From NCBI RefSeq assembly GCF_000940845.1, contig NZ_CP010341.1, positions 480,001 to 512,000 on the forward strand: DNA of 32,000 nt. The letters run 5' to 3'. The translations under genes were made by a program, and so were the position numbers. Shown here piece by piece: positions 7,473 through 17,233 of the stretch. The first letter of the stretch is position 1, and each line of letters starts with the position of its first letter. The stretch comes from Propionibacterium freudenreichii subsp. freudenreichii. GTDB taxonomy: Bacteria > Actinomycetota > Actinomycetes > Propionibacteriales > Propionibacteriaceae. The notes under the pieces were generated by a model. That model saw only the letters and a program-made list of their open reading frames with translations. It ran no database searches and had not been told where the DNA came from.

Positions 7473-8477
7473 GTGACTGCTCGTCGAGCTCTCAGCGCCG
7501 ATGACATCGACGCCACAGTCGATCAGCCCACCGCTCCTCGCAGGGCCGGCATCCCCGGCCGTGCAGATGCACCCATTGAGTTCGCCAGGCCCCGCCGCGT
7601 CGCGCTGCCCAGCGTCGAGGAAGACGCGATCTTGCCGTTCGCGCGGTGCGTGTCGGCCCAGACCACCATGACGCTGCCGGTGATCACCGTCGACGCCGTG
7701 CATGCCGCGAAGTCGAGTGCCAAGCCGCACCGCCGCGTCTCGCTGCCGGTTGCCGCCGTCGCGCTCACCTCGGCCCTCGGGCTCGGGGCCACCCTGCTGC
7801 CGCAGACCGTGGCCGCAGCCCCGGACAACGGCGCCGCCGAGGCCCGCCAGACCGCAAGCGTCACCCGCGACACCGCCCGCACCCAGCTGTTCACCAGCGA
7901 CCTGGCCACCACCGAAGTTGCCACCACGTCGCCCACGATCCCTGACACCTCCGCCCAGGACCTGAACGATTCGTTCGCCAGCCTCGGCAAGAGCACCGCC
8001 CAGAAGCTGGCCACCGACAAGGCCGCCGCTGACAAGGCTGCCTCCGAGCAGGCAATCGCCGCGGCCAATGCCGCCGAGAGCGTCACCGGCAAGGGCGTCA
8101 AGGTAGCCCCGAATGCGGCCACCGCCGCCACGAGCGCCGCCCAGACCGCCATCAACTTCGCCCTCGCCCAGGTGGGCAAGCCCTATGTGTGGGGTGCGGT
8201 TGGCCCCAACGCCTACGACTGCTCGGGCCTGACCATGGCCGCCTACAAGGCAGCCGGCATCTCGCTGCCGCGCGTCACCTACTCCCAGATGGCTGCCGGC
8301 ACGGCCGTGTCGCAGTCCACCATGGTGCCCGGCGACCTCATCTTCTTCTACGGCGGCGAGCACGTGGGCATCTACCTCGGCAACGGCCAGGTGGTGCACG
8401 CGGCCGACTACGGCACCGGCGTGATCGTCGGCACCGTGAGCTCGATGCCGGTCTCCAGCGTCACGCACATCGGCTGA
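7473..8477 (+). CDS. NlpC/P60-family peptidoglycan endopeptidase (RipA/RipB-like)
   Basis: Track ORF 7452..8477. C-terminal NlpC/P60 domain: AINFALAQVGKPYVWGAVGPNAYDCSGLTMAAYKAAGISLPRVTYSQ...GDLIFFYGGEHVGIYLGNGQVVHA (catalytic Cys and His context). The N-terminal region has a hydrophobic segment (VAAVALTSALGLGATLL) and an Ala-rich linker. GTG at 7473 has GAGGA 7 nt upstream; TTG at 7452 is the alternative start. Confidence 0.85.
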   Translation: MTARRALSADDIDATVDQPTAPRRAGIPGRADAPIEFARPRRVALPSVEEDAILPFARCVSAQTTMTLPVITVDAVHAAKSSAKPHRRVSLPVAAVALTSALGLGATLLPQTVAAAPDNGAAEARQTASVTRDTARTQLFTSDLATTEVATTSPTIPDTSAQDLNDSFASLGKSTAQKLATDKAAADKAASEQAIAAANAAESVTGKGVKVAPNAATAATSAAQTAINFALAQVGKPYVWGAVGPNAYDCSGLTMAAYKAAGISLPRVTYSQMAAGTAVSQSTMVPGDLIFFYGGEHVGIYLGNGQVVHAADYGTGVIVGTVSSMPVSSVTHIG

Positions 8478-8668
8478 GTCGGCTGCGACCAGCCACCTTC
8501 GCCCGCACACCGGACCGCATCCGGCGCGGGTCCTTCCCCGGCGGCATGACCGTCCCGGGGCTCCGCGAGGCAGCCGGCTGAGCGGTTTTCCCGCCACTTC
8601 GGGGCACTGTTCCCGTCGGGCTTCGTTCGTCATCGGACGAGCGCGGCCGGCACCCCTAAACTGGCCTC

Positions 8669-10351
8669 ATGAATTCACCGGTTGATCCCACGAGCACGCC
8701 CGCGTGGGCTGAGCTCGAAAACTTGCATCGCAGCCTCGACGTCGATTTCCGCAAGTGGTTTGCCGAGGAGCCGAATCGGGCCCAACAGTTCACCCTGCGT
8801 GCCGGTGACCTGACCGTTGACCTGTCGCGCAACTACCTGAACCAGCAGGTGCGCGACACGCTCGTCTCGCTGGCCGCGCAGGTGGACCTTGCCGGACGCC
8901 GCGACGCGATGTTCCGTGGCGACCGCATCAACACCACCGAGGACCGCAGCGTGCTGCACGTGGCGCTGCGCCTGCCCAAGGGCGCCGAGCTCGACGTGGA
9001 CGGCGTCAACGTGGTGGACCAGGTGCATGAGGTGCTCGACCGCGAGATCTCCTTCGCCGAGGCGGTGCGCAGCGGCGAGCGCGGCGGCGTCACCGGCAAG
9101 CCGATCACCACGGTGGTGAACATCGGCATCGGTGGCTCCGACCTCGGCCCGGTGATGGTCTACGAGGCACTCAAGCCCTACAAGCACGACCGCATCGAAT
9201 GCCGCTTCATCTCGAACATCGACCCGGCCGACATGTATGAGAAGACCCACGACCTGGACGCCGAGACCACGCTGTTCATCGTCGCGTCCAAGACCTTCAC
9301 CACGCTGGAGACCATGACCAACGCGAGGATGGCCAAGAACTGGCTGATCAACTCGCTGCAGTCGTCCGGCGCCATCGACGGCACCGCCGAGAGCCGTGCC
9401 CGCGCCATCAAGCGGCACTTCGTGGCCGTGAGCACCAACGCCGAGAAGGTGTCCGAGTTCGGCATCGACCATGCCAACATGTTCGGCTTCTGGGACTGGG
9501 TGGGGGGTCGCTACTCGGTTGATTCGGCCGTCGGGCTGTCGGCCCTGATCGCCATCGGGCCCGACAACTGGCAGGACTTCCTCGAGGGCTTCCTGGCCAT
9601 CGACAAGCACTTCATGATCACCCCGATCGCCGAGAACGTGCCCGCCCTGATGGGCCTGCTCAATGTGTTCTACTCGAACTTCTACAACGCCCAGAGCCAT
9701 GTGGTGCTGCCCTATTCGCAGTACCTGCACCGCTTCCCGGCCTACCTGCAGCAGCTGACGATGGAGTCGAACGGCAAGTCGACCCGGTGGGACACCAGCC
9801 CGGTGACCACCGAGACCGGCGAGATCTTCTGGGGCGAGCCCGGCACCAACGGGCAGCACGCGTTCTACCAGCTGCTGCACCAGGGCACCCGCGTGATCCC
9901 TGCCGACTTCATCGGCTTCGCGCGTCCGGCCCACGCGCTCACCGAGGCCGGTGCCGACGTGCACGACCTGTTCATGTCGAACTTCTTCGCGCAGACCCAG
10001 GCGCTGGCCTTCGGCAAGACCGCCGACGAGGTGCGCGCCGAGGGCACCCCCGAGCCGCTGGTGCCCGCCCGCGTGTTCAGCGGAAACCGGCCCACCACCT
10101 CGATCCTGGCCCCCGAGCTGTCGCCCAGGATCCTCGGTGAGCTGATCGCGCTGTATGAGCACATCACCTTCACCGAGGGTGCCGTGTGGGGCATCGACTC
10201 GTTCGACCAGTGGGGTGTCGAGCTCGGCAAGACCCTGGCCAAGAACATCGCCCCGCTGCTCACCGCCGGCGACGAGGCCCTGATGAGCCAGGACTCGTCG
10301 ACGATGAGCCTCATCCGGGCCTACAAGGCGATGCGCGCCGGCAATCGCTGA
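8669..10351 (+). CDS. pgi: glucose-6-phosphate isomerase
   Basis: 560 aa. Typical PGI sequence throughout ([57 protein letters not shown]). Confidence 0.95.
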   Translation: MNSPVDPTSTPAWAELENLHRSLDVDFRKWFAEEPNRAQQFTLRAGDLTVDLSRNYLNQQVRDTLVSLAAQVDLAGRRDAMFRGDRINTTEDRSVLHVALRLPKGAELDVDGVNVVDQVHEVLDREISFAEAVRSGERGGVTGKPITTVVNIGIGGSDLGPVMVYEALKPYKHDRIECRFISNIDPADMYEKTHDLDAETTLFIVASKTFTTLETMTNARMAKNWLINSLQSSGAIDGTAESRARAIKRHFVAVSTNAEKVSEFGIDHANMFGFWDWVGGRYSVDSAVGLSALIAIGPDNWQDFLEGFLAIDKHFMITPIAENVPALMGLLNVFYSNFYNAQSHVVLPYSQYLHRFPAYLQQLTMESNGKSTRWDTSPVTTETGEIFWGEPGTNGQHAFYQLLHQGTRVIPADFIGFARPAHALTEAGADVHDLFMSNFFAQTQALAFGKTADEVRAEGTPEPLVPARVFSGNRPTTSILAPELSPRILGELIALYEHITFTEGAVWGIDSFDQWGVELGKTLAKNIAPLLTAGDEALMSQDSSTMSLIRAYKAMRAGNR

Positions 10352-10354
10352 GCG

Positions 10355-11140
10355 ATGAGGCGCTTGCGCGCCGGGGTGCGCCCGGAGCTGCCTGCCGCGG
10401 GACGGCACCGTCAGGCCGCGGCCGGACGGCACCCGCGCAGCGCGCCCGCGGCGCGCCCGCCGGCCCCGTTCGCACGGCCCGCGCGCTGTGCAGGGGCCGC
10501 AGCGCTGGCCGTGGTGACGGTGCTCACGGCGATCACCGCAGGCTGCAATGTGGTGGTGCACGCGGTGGCCGCCGGCCGCCGACGCGCGCCCGGGCAGTTG
10601 CACGCAGGCGTCACGCCCGGAACCGCCATGGTGCTGGGCGCCGGAGTGCGTGGACAGCGACCAACTCCCTATCTGGCGGCCCGACTCGACCTGGCGGTGC
10701 GCCTGTGGCGCGAGGGCGCGATCAGCCGCATCCTGGTCTCCGGGTGGGCGGAGGCCCCCGACGATGCCGCGGGCCTCCGCTACGACGAACCGGCCGTGAT
10801 GGCCGACTACCTCGTCGCCCACGGCGTGGCGCGCGGTGCTGTGCTGCGCGATCCGGCCGGGCTCGACACCTGGACCAGCGCCGTGCGCGCCCGCCAGCTG
10901 CACGGACTGGACGCGATGGTGGTGGTGACGCAGGCCTACCACCTACCGCGCGCCCTGGCAGCGGCACGGATGGCCGGCATCGATGCGTTCGGCGTCGCCG
11001 ACACCACCCGCGATCACAATGCCAAGTGGTGGCGTTACCGCCTGCGCGAGGTGCCCGCCTGCGTCAAGCTCGTGGGGGAGTGGGCGCTGTCGCGGACAGG
11101 GCTCCGTGCTGCGGCGCGCGCCCGGAGGGGAGACCAATGA
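10355..11140 (+). CDS. SanA/YdcF (DUF218) family envelope protein
   Basis: 261 aa. N-terminal TM (AAALAVVTVLTAITAG) followed by a DUF218-like core: AMVLGAGV...PTPYLAARLDLAVRLWREGAISRILVSG...YDEPAVMADYLVAHGV...DTWTS...MVVVTQAYHLPRAL. Starts 3 nt after the pgi stop; the exact start is uncertain. Confidence 0.7.
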   Translation: MRRLRAGVRPELPAAGRHRQAAAGRHPRSAPAARPPAPFARPARCAGAAALAVVTVLTAITAGCNVVVHAVAAGRRRAPGQLHAGVTPGTAMVLGAGVRGQRPTPYLAARLDLAVRLWREGAISRILVSGWAEAPDDAAGLRYDEPAVMADYLVAHGVARGAVLRDPAGLDTWTSAVRARQLHGLDAMVVVTQAYHLPRALAAARMAGIDAFGVADTTRDHNAKWWRYRLREVPACVKLVGEWALSRTGLRAAARARRGDQ

Positions 11141-12360
11141 TGACATCGGGAATCGACGAGGTGCTCGCCCGCGGACTGCGCGCCGGATGCTATCCCGGCG
11201 CCATCGCCCAGGTGTCGCACGCCGGCACGGTGCGTCGCGCCGGGGTCGGAAGCATCGCCAGCCATGGACGCGATGGATCGCCGATCCCCCCGGCGCAGCG
11301 CGAACCGGTGCGGCCCGACCTGCACTACGACCTCGCGTCGATCACCAAGGTGTTCACGGCCATCACCGTGCTGTCGCTGGCCGACGAGGGCACGCTGGCC
11401 ATGGACGAGCCGATCGCAACGCTGCTTCCCGCCTTCCGCACGAGCCCCGAACGGCGCCGGATCACCGCCCTGCACCTGCTGACCCACACCTCCGGCCTGC
11501 CGCCGGTGTGGCCAGGGTGGCAGGACGCCGGAATGCGCGCCCGGTCACGCGAGGCGATCCTGGCCGACATTATGGCCATGCCGCTGCGCTGGGCGCCCGG
11601 CGAGCGACTGGACTACTCCTGCGTCGGCTACATCACCGCCATGGCCCTGGCCGAACAGGCCACGGGACAGGGCTGGGAACAGCTGGTGACCACCAGGGTG
11701 CTGCGTCCGCTCGGCCTGGCGCACACAGGATTCAACCCGCTGCGCCACGGCGTCGATGTCGCCGACATCACGCCGACCGAGTTCCGCCCGGCCCTGGGAC
11801 TGCGACCGGTAGGCAGCACTCACGCGCCCGACGCCGCCGGCGCGTCGCGCCCGGGCTCCGTGACCGATGACGTGGACCTGACCATGGTGCGCGGCACCGT
11901 GCACGATGAGACCGCCCAGGTGATCGGGGGAGTGAGCGGCAATGCAGGCATGTTCTCCACGCTGGCCGACCTGGCACGGCTGGCCGGTGCCCTGTCGTCA
12001 GGCCTGCCCGGCGTGCTGGGCCGGGAGTCGTTCGCCATGCTGTGGGGCGACCAATTGCCGCGCCTGCTGGGCGGGCATGCCGACGCCGAGGCCGCCCGCA
12101 ACGGATACCGCCACGGGGCCGGCCTGTGCGTGGCCCAGACGCGCGCGGCCGGGCCCGATGCGCCGTGGCTGCGCAGCCACACCGGCTTCACCGGCACGAG
12201 CCTGGTGCTCAACCGCGCCGGCGATTACGCCATCCTGCTGTCCAACCGGGTGCATCCCACCCGTCAGGCCCCCGACCTGGCCCCGGTGCGCGTGGCCCTG
12301 ACCCGGGCGGCGGGACTGGTTGAACCAGAAGAACAGGCCGAACCCGGGGGACAGGCCTGA
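11137..12360 (+). CDS. beta-lactamase-fold serine hydrolase (class C / PBP4*-like)
   Basis: In-frame ATG ATG at 11137 within track ORF 10186..12360. ATGA overlap with the SanA-like stop, and GGAGGGGAG upstream. SxxK motif in YDLASITKVF, with LLTHTSGLP and YSCVGY further on. The upstream 950 nt of the track ORF overlap pgi and the SanA-like gene and are not coding. Confidence 0.8.
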   Translation: MMTSGIDEVLARGLRAGCYPGAIAQVSHAGTVRRAGVGSIASHGRDGSPIPPAQREPVRPDLHYDLASITKVFTAITVLSLADEGTLAMDEPIATLLPAFRTSPERRRITALHLLTHTSGLPPVWPGWQDAGMRARSREAILADIMAMPLRWAPGERLDYSCVGYITAMALAEQATGQGWEQLVTTRVLRPLGLAHTGFNPLRHGVDVADITPTEFRPALGLRPVGSTHAPDAAGASRPGSVTDDVDLTMVRGTVHDETAQVIGGVSGNAGMFSTLADLARLAGALSSGLPGVLGRESFAMLWGDQLPRLLGGHADAEAARNGYRHGAGLCVAQTRAAGPDAPWLRSHTGFTGTSLVLNRAGDYAILLSNRVHPTRQAPDLAPVRVALTRAAGLVEPEEQAEPGGQA

Positions 12361-12426
12361 CCAACCGGATCGGCCGGGCCAGCAGCTTGGCCCAACCGTC
12401 GGCAGGCCGGGGATGCCGGGCGCGGC

Positions 12427-12474
12427 ACCGATATCAGCACCGGCATCAGCGCCGGCATCAGCATCGGCGTCGGG
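12427..12474. repeat. 12-bp tandem repeat, about 4 copies
   Basis: ACCGATATCAGC ACCGGCATCAGC GCCGGCATCAGC ATCGGCGTCGGG, in the intergenic region downstream of the serine hydrolase gene. Confidence 0.7.
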
Positions 12475-12641
12475 GAAAGCTGAGCCGCGTCGACGCAGGT
12501 TTCGTGCGTCCCGGCCCGGAAAATCCCACGGAGTGACACAGATATTTCCACCCCTTGATACGCGTCGGGAAGGCCCGATTCGGGCCCCTTCCACGGTGCC
12601 CCGCATATTTTGGCGCGGGGCCGCAAAGTGTATGTTGGTAG

Positions 12642-12654
12642 TTGGTCGGACCAA
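12642..12654. promoter_or_regulatory. candidate GntR/FadR-subfamily (LldR/PdhR-type) operator
   Basis: Perfect palindrome TTGGTC-G-GACCAA, about 100 nt upstream of the D-lactate-dehydrogenase-type gene and just after a TATGTT -10-like hexamer (12631-12636). It matches the TGGT-N3-ACCA core used by LldR/PdhR/FadR-type regulators. A weaker GGTTCGTACC lies at 12686-12695. Confidence 0.45.
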
Positions 12655-12754
12655 TTGATTTCGGACCCCAGAACCATGGAATCCCGGTTCGTACCGACCG
12701 GCGTGGCATACGAGCTCGAGCATCGACGAGGATTCGAGCGCACAAGGAGGCACA

Positions 12755-15541
12755 ATGTCGTCCGCGACAACCGAGAAGGCAGTGGGAACCACTCGACTCA
12801 TCGATCGAGTCGGAATGGCCCATGACGCATCGCACTATCTGCTCATCCCCGAGGTGGTCATCACGGCCACCGACACCGCCCAGGTGGCGAACACGATGGC
12901 CCAGGCCTATCGCGAGAACCGCACCGTGACCTTCCGCTCCGGTGGCACCAGCCTGTCGGGCCAGTCGCTGAGCGATTCGATCCTCCTGGACGTGCGCAAG
13001 AACTTCCGCAAGGTGGAGGTGCTCGACGGCGGCGCAAGGGTGCGCTGTCAGCCCGGCGCCACCATCCGCAACGTCAACGCACACCTGGCGCGCTATGGCT
13101 ACAAGCTGGGTCCCGACCCGGCGTCCGAGATCGCCTGCACCATCGGCGGCGTCGTGGCCGACAACTCGTCGGGCATGGCCTGCGGCACCCAGTTCAACAC
13201 CTACAACACCCTTGAGTCGATGGTGCTGGTGCTCCCCTCGGGCACCGTCATCGACACCGCACAGCCCGATGCCGACGCGAAGCTGCATCGCGCTGAGCCC
13301 GCCCTGTGGGAGGGCCTGTCGGAGCTGCGCGACCGCGTGCGCAAGAACCCCGAGTCGGTGGCCAAGATCACCCAGCAGTACGCCATGAAGAACACCATGG
13401 GCTACGGCATCAACTCCTTCACCGACCACGACGAGCCGGTGCACATCCTGGAGCACCTGATGATCGGCTCGGAGGGCACCCTGGGCTTCGTGGCCGAGGT
13501 CACCTTCCGCACCCTGCCGGTGCAGAAGCATGCCGCCACCGCGCTGCTCATCGTCCCCGAGCTGTCGGTGGCAACCGACGCCCTGGAAGACCTCGTGCGC
13601 AACGGCGCCCTGTGCCTGGAGCTGATGGACGCCGCCAGCCTGCGCGTCGTGCAGAAGTACCCCGAGGCATCGCCCGAGCTGGCCGCGCTCGACGTCAAGA
13701 AGGACGCCGGCCTGCTCATCGAGGCCGTCGCCGACGACGAGAAGGAACTCGACGACCGCATGGACGCGCTGAACAGCGTGCTCGGTGGCCTGCCGATCGC
13801 CAACCCGCCGCGCTTCACCAAGAACATCCCCGAGCGCAACAACCTGTGGCAGCTGCGCAAGGGCCTGTACACCTCGGTTGCCGGTGCGCGTCCGGCCGGC
13901 ACCACCAACCTGCTCGAGGACATCGCCGTGCCGGTGGGTTCGCTCACCGCCACCAGCGCCGAACTGCAGGACATCTTCGCCAAGCACGGCTATGACGACG
14001 CGGTGATCTTCGGCCACGCCAAGGATGGCAACATCCACTTCATGGTCACCTCCGACTGGCGCAACCCGGTGGACGTCGAGAAGTACCGCGACTTCACCGA
14101 GGACATGGTCAACGCCGTGCTGCGCCACGAGGGCACCCTGAAGGCCGAGCACGGCACCGGCCGCGTGATGGCCCCCTTCGTCGAGCGCCAGTGGGGCGCC
14201 GAGCTCTATGACGTGATGAAGACGGTGCGTCGCCTGGGCGACCCGCACGGCGTGCTCAACCCGGGCACCCTGCTCACCGATGACCCCGAGGGTCATATGC
14301 ACCACTTCAAGATGATGCCGCCGGTGGACGACTTCGTCGACCGCTGCGTGGAGTGCGGCTACTGCGAGCCCACCTGCCCGTCGGCCGACCTCACCCAGAC
14401 CCCGCGTCGGCGCATCGCGCTGCTGCGCTCTGCCGAGGAACTGCCCCCCGAGCAGGCCAAGGAACTGCGCAAGGACTACGCCTACGAGGCCGTCGACACC
14501 TGCGCCGCCGACTCGCTGTGCCTGCTGGCCTGCCCGCTGCGCATCGACACCGGCGTGTTCATGAAGACCTTCCGCGCCGCACGCCACATGGCCATCTCGA
14601 AGACCGCCATGAACGCCGCCGCCAAGGAATGGGGCCCCATCGTCACCTTCCTGCGCGGTGCACTGAACGTGGTCGACGTGGTGCCCAGCCCGATCATGAC
14701 CGGCGTCACGGTTGCCGCGCGCGCCGTGCTGCCCAAGGACGTCATCCCCAAGGTCGGCAACGACCTTCCCGGTGGCGGCCCGAAGCGTCCCGAACCCGAG
14801 TCGACCTCACAGGACGACTTCGTGTTCTTCCCCAGCTGCATGGGCTCGCTGTTCGAGCCCGCCAAGGGCGGCTACAAGGACGGCGCGGCCGGGGCCTTCG
14901 AGAAGCTGGTGGCCGCTGCCGGCCAGCGCGCCCGCATCCCGGAGAACATCTCGGGCCTGTGCTGCGGCACCGTGTGGGTGTCGAAGGGCTTCACCAAGGG
15001 CGCTGACACGATGGCCGAGCGCGTCTACGACTCCGTGTGGAAGGCCACCGACAATGGTCGCCTGCCCGTGGTCTGCGATGCCGCAAGCTGCACCCACGGC
15101 CTGCACACCACCGGCCAGCACCTCACCGGCCAGAAGGCGGAGAACTGGAAGAAGGTCGAGATCCTTGACACCACCACGTGGGTGGCGCGCAACCTGCTCG
15201 GCAAGCTGAAGTTCAGCCAGAACGCCGGCTCTGTGGTGATCCACCCGACCTGCTCGATGCGCCACCTGGACATCGTGAAGGACGTCGAGGCCTGCGCCCT
15301 GGCCGTCAGCGACGATGTGACGGTGCCGGTTGACGCCGGCTGCTGCGCCTTCGCCGGCGACCGCGGCCTGCTGCATCCCGAGCTCACCGCCTCGGCCACC
15401 AAGCGGGAGACCGCCGAGGTGACGCAGCGCACCTATGACGAGTATGTGTCGGGCAACCGCACCTGCGAGATGGGCATGACCCGGGCAACCGGTCACACCT
15501 ACCACCACGTGCTCGAGATGCTGGCCCAGCACCTGGTCTGA
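12755..15541 (+). CDS. FAD-binding plus Fe-S/CCG-domain oxidoreductase (Dld-II / YdiJ-type D-lactate or D-2-hydroxyacid dehydrogenase)
   Basis: 928 aa, with AAGGAGG 6 nt upstream. N-terminal PCMH-type FAD domain (VTFRSGGTSLSGQS, GPDPAS). GlcD-like C-terminal cap (HAKDGNIHF, KAEHGTG). 4Fe-4S motif CVECGYCEPTCPS. Cys-rich CCG-type repeats (CCGTVW, CSMRH, CCAFAG). Confidence 0.9.
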   Translation: MSSATTEKAVGTTRLIDRVGMAHDASHYLLIPEVVITATDTAQVANTMAQAYRENRTVTFRSGGTSLSGQSLSDSILLDVRKNFRKVEVLDGGARVRCQPGATIRNVNAHLARYGYKLGPDPASEIACTIGGVVADNSSGMACGTQFNTYNTLESMVLVLPSGTVIDTAQPDADAKLHRAEPALWEGLSELRDRVRKNPESVAKITQQYAMKNTMGYGINSFTDHDEPVHILEHLMIGSEGTLGFVAEVTFRTLPVQKHAATALLIVPELSVATDALEDLVRNGALCLELMDAASLRVVQKYPEASPELAALDVKKDAGLLIEAVADDEKELDDRMDALNSVLGGLPIANPPRFTKNIPERNNLWQLRKGLYTSVAGARPAGTTNLLEDIAVPVGSLTATSAELQDIFAKHGYDDAVIFGHAKDGNIHFMVTSDWRNPVDVEKYRDFTEDMVNAVLRHEGTLKAEHGTGRVMAPFVERQWGAELYDVMKTVRRLGDPHGVLNPGTLLTDDPEGHMHHFKMMPPVDDFVDRCVECGYCEPTCPSADLTQTPRRRIALLRSAEELPPEQAKELRKDYAYEAVDTCAADSLCLLACPLRIDTGVFMKTFRAARHMAISKTAMNAAAKEWGPIVTFLRGALNVVDVVPSPIMTGVTVAARAVLPKDVIPKVGNDLPGGGPKRPEPESTSQDDFVFFPSCMGSLFEPAKGGYKDGAAGAFEKLVAAAGQRARIPENISGLCCGTVWVSKGFTKGADTMAERVYDSVWKATDNGRLPVVCDAASCTHGLHTTGQHLTGQKAENWKKVEILDTTTWVARNLLGKLKFSQNAGSVVIHPTCSMRHLDIVKDVEACALAVSDDVTVPVDAGCCAFAGDRGLLHPELTASATKRETAEVTQRTYDEYVSGNRTCEMGMTRATGHTYHHVLEMLAQHLV

Positions 15542-15575
15542 GTGACCGGGCGCGGTCAGTAACACGACCGAACGA

Positions 15576-15617
15576 CAGGAGGGCCCCCACCGATGATTCG
15601 GTGGGGGCCCTCCTGTG
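15576..15617. terminator. bidirectional intrinsic terminator-like hairpin between convergent genes
   Basis: Perfect 19-bp inverted repeat ACAGGAGGGCCCCCACCGA / TCGGTGGGGGCCCTCCTGT with a 4-nt loop. It lies 35 nt after the oxidoreductase stop. Confidence 0.7.
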
Positions 15618-15699
15618 TCTCCCGCGGGGCCAGGGCCGGGTGGCGGTGCTGCCCGGTCCGGTCTTGGTGCGGGACGGGGCCGATGGGCCCCTGCGGGCG

Positions 15700-16848
15700 T
15701 CAGCCCTTCGCGATGGGTCCCAGCACGACGTTGGCCCATGCCGCGTGCAGGGATTCCTGGTCGGTGGGCTGGAAGAGGCCGGCCACCGCATCGCGGTAGA
15801 GGCGGGACAGCTCATTGGAGGTGTAGTAACTGCGTCCGCCCACCGAGCGCATCGCCTGGTCGACGGCATGCATCGTCGCCTCGACGCAGGCATTCTTCAC
15901 CGCTGACAGCTGGGGCATCCACAGGGCGCCACGGTCGGCATCGTCGTCGAGGTCGCGCACGATGTCGCGCAGTTGGGCGGCCGAGCCGTTCATGGCGATC
16001 GCCGCGTCGGCAAGCCGCCAGCGGATGTCGGGATCATGGGCGTAGACGTCGTCATTCTTCACGCTGTGGCGGGTGGCCACCTGCTCGGCGGCCACCTCGA
16101 TGGCGCGCTCGCCGATGCCCTGGTAGGTGGCGGCGATGAACGCCGAGAAGTGCGAGAAGATGCCGAAGACCACCGGATCGGCGTTCGGGCCGGGGGTGAT
16201 GCGGGCGAGCACCTGGTCGGCGGGGGCGTGGGCTCCGTCGAGCACCGTCGTGTTCGACTGGGTGGCGCGCATGCCCAGGGTGTCCCAGTCGGGCTTCACA
16301 TAGAAGCCGCCGTCGTCGCGGTGCAGGATCGCGAACACCGAATGGGGGCCGTCGTCGCCCGAGTCGTCGGTGCCGAAGGTGAGCAGGCGGGTCCAGGCCG
16401 GGGCCAGTGAGGTGAACACCTTGGTGCCGTGGAAGCTGAAGCCGCCCTCGCCGTCGGGCACGGCCTTGCTGATCGATCCGAACAGCACCAGGTCGTTGCC
16501 GGGCTCGCTGATGCCGAAGCCGAACAGTTCGCCGGCGGCGGCGTCGTGCAGCACCTGGCGTCCCTTGTCGTTGCCGTGGGCCACCAGGTAACGGGCCATG
16601 CCCACGATGATCTGGTGCATGTTGATGGCCAGTGCGGTGGCCGGCGCGGCCTTGGCCAGCGCGGTCTGTTCGGCGCAGATGCGCTCGACACTCAGCCCGG
16701 CGCCGTTGAACTCCTTTGGCACGAACGCCGACAGATAGCCGGCGGTGCGCAGGTCGTTCAGGTCGTCCTCGGGAAAGCTGTTGTCGCGGTCGTGACGGGC
16801 CGCCCGCTTGTGGATTGCTGCCAGCAACTCGGCGCTGAGAAAGCTCAT
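15700..16848 (-). CDS. acyl-CoA dehydrogenase-family flavoprotein
   Basis: Track ORF 15700..16902. ACAD-fold architecture: N-terminal helical domain, middle beta domain (GISEPGNDL...FHGTKVFTS, WDTLGMRATQSNTTVL), and C-terminal helical domain. ATG at 16848 (MSFLSAELL) has GAGGAG upstream. Confidence 0.8.
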   Translation of the reverse strand: MSFLSAELLAAIHKRAARHDRDNSFPEDDLNDLRTAGYLSAFVPKEFNGAGLSVERICAEQTALAKAAPATALAINMHQIIVGMARYLVAHGNDKGRQVLHDAAAGELFGFGISEPGNDLVLFGSISKAVPDGEGGFSFHGTKVFTSLAPAWTRLLTFGTDDSGDDGPHSVFAILHRDDGGFYVKPDWDTLGMRATQSNTTVLDGAHAPADQVLARITPGPNADPVVFGIFSHFSAFIAATYQGIGERAIEVAAEQVATRHSVKNDDVYAHDPDIRWRLADAAIAMNGSAAQLRDIVRDLDDDADRGALWMPQLSAVKNACVEATMHAVDQAMRSVGGRSYYTSNELSRLYRDAVAGLFQPTDQESLHAAWANVVLGPIAKG

Positions 16849-17233
16849 GGGCATCTCCTCGTGATGGTGGGCTGCGCGTGGGTGCAGCTCCTTGCCGCCC
16901 ACCCTAATCTCGCGCCGGCCACGGGGGTCCTCGCCGTGGGGGCTGCGGAGGTGGCCGGCCCGGGCCGGGGAAGCCGCACGATGGGTGGGAGAAATCCCAT
17001 CGAATATCCTCCCGGCAGAAACAAATGCCCAGAATGTCGGATAACGCGGGTTAAGTTATCGCGAACATCGACCATCTCGAGAATATCTTTCGGAATGTCC
17101 GGCGGTGAAACCCCTTGTCGCGGTAACTTCCGTAGGCGATGGAGGCTGCCCCTGGCCCGAGCCGGGCACAGCTGACAGTGAAATCCCCACCGGCGTGGAT
17201 GGGTTCGCGTCGGAACCCCACAGGAGGAATCGC

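Noticed and set aside
8675-10942. 755-aa ORF on the minus strand
   Set aside because: It lies antisense to pgi and the SanA-like gene. The translation is Arg/Gly/His/Val-rich low-complexity sequence, typical of shadow ORFs in high-GC DNA, whereas the opposite strand encodes an unmistakable PGI.
10186-11136. N-terminal 317 codons of the 724-aa ORF 10186..12360
   Set aside because: This stretch overlaps pgi and the SanA-like gene in other frames and translates to Arg/Gly/Ala junk. Real coding starts at the ATGATG at 11137, which has a strong SD.
12458-14587. 709-aa ORF on the minus strand
   Set aside because: It lies antisense to the FAD/Fe-S oxidoreductase, has no recognisable motifs, and shows shadow-ORF composition.
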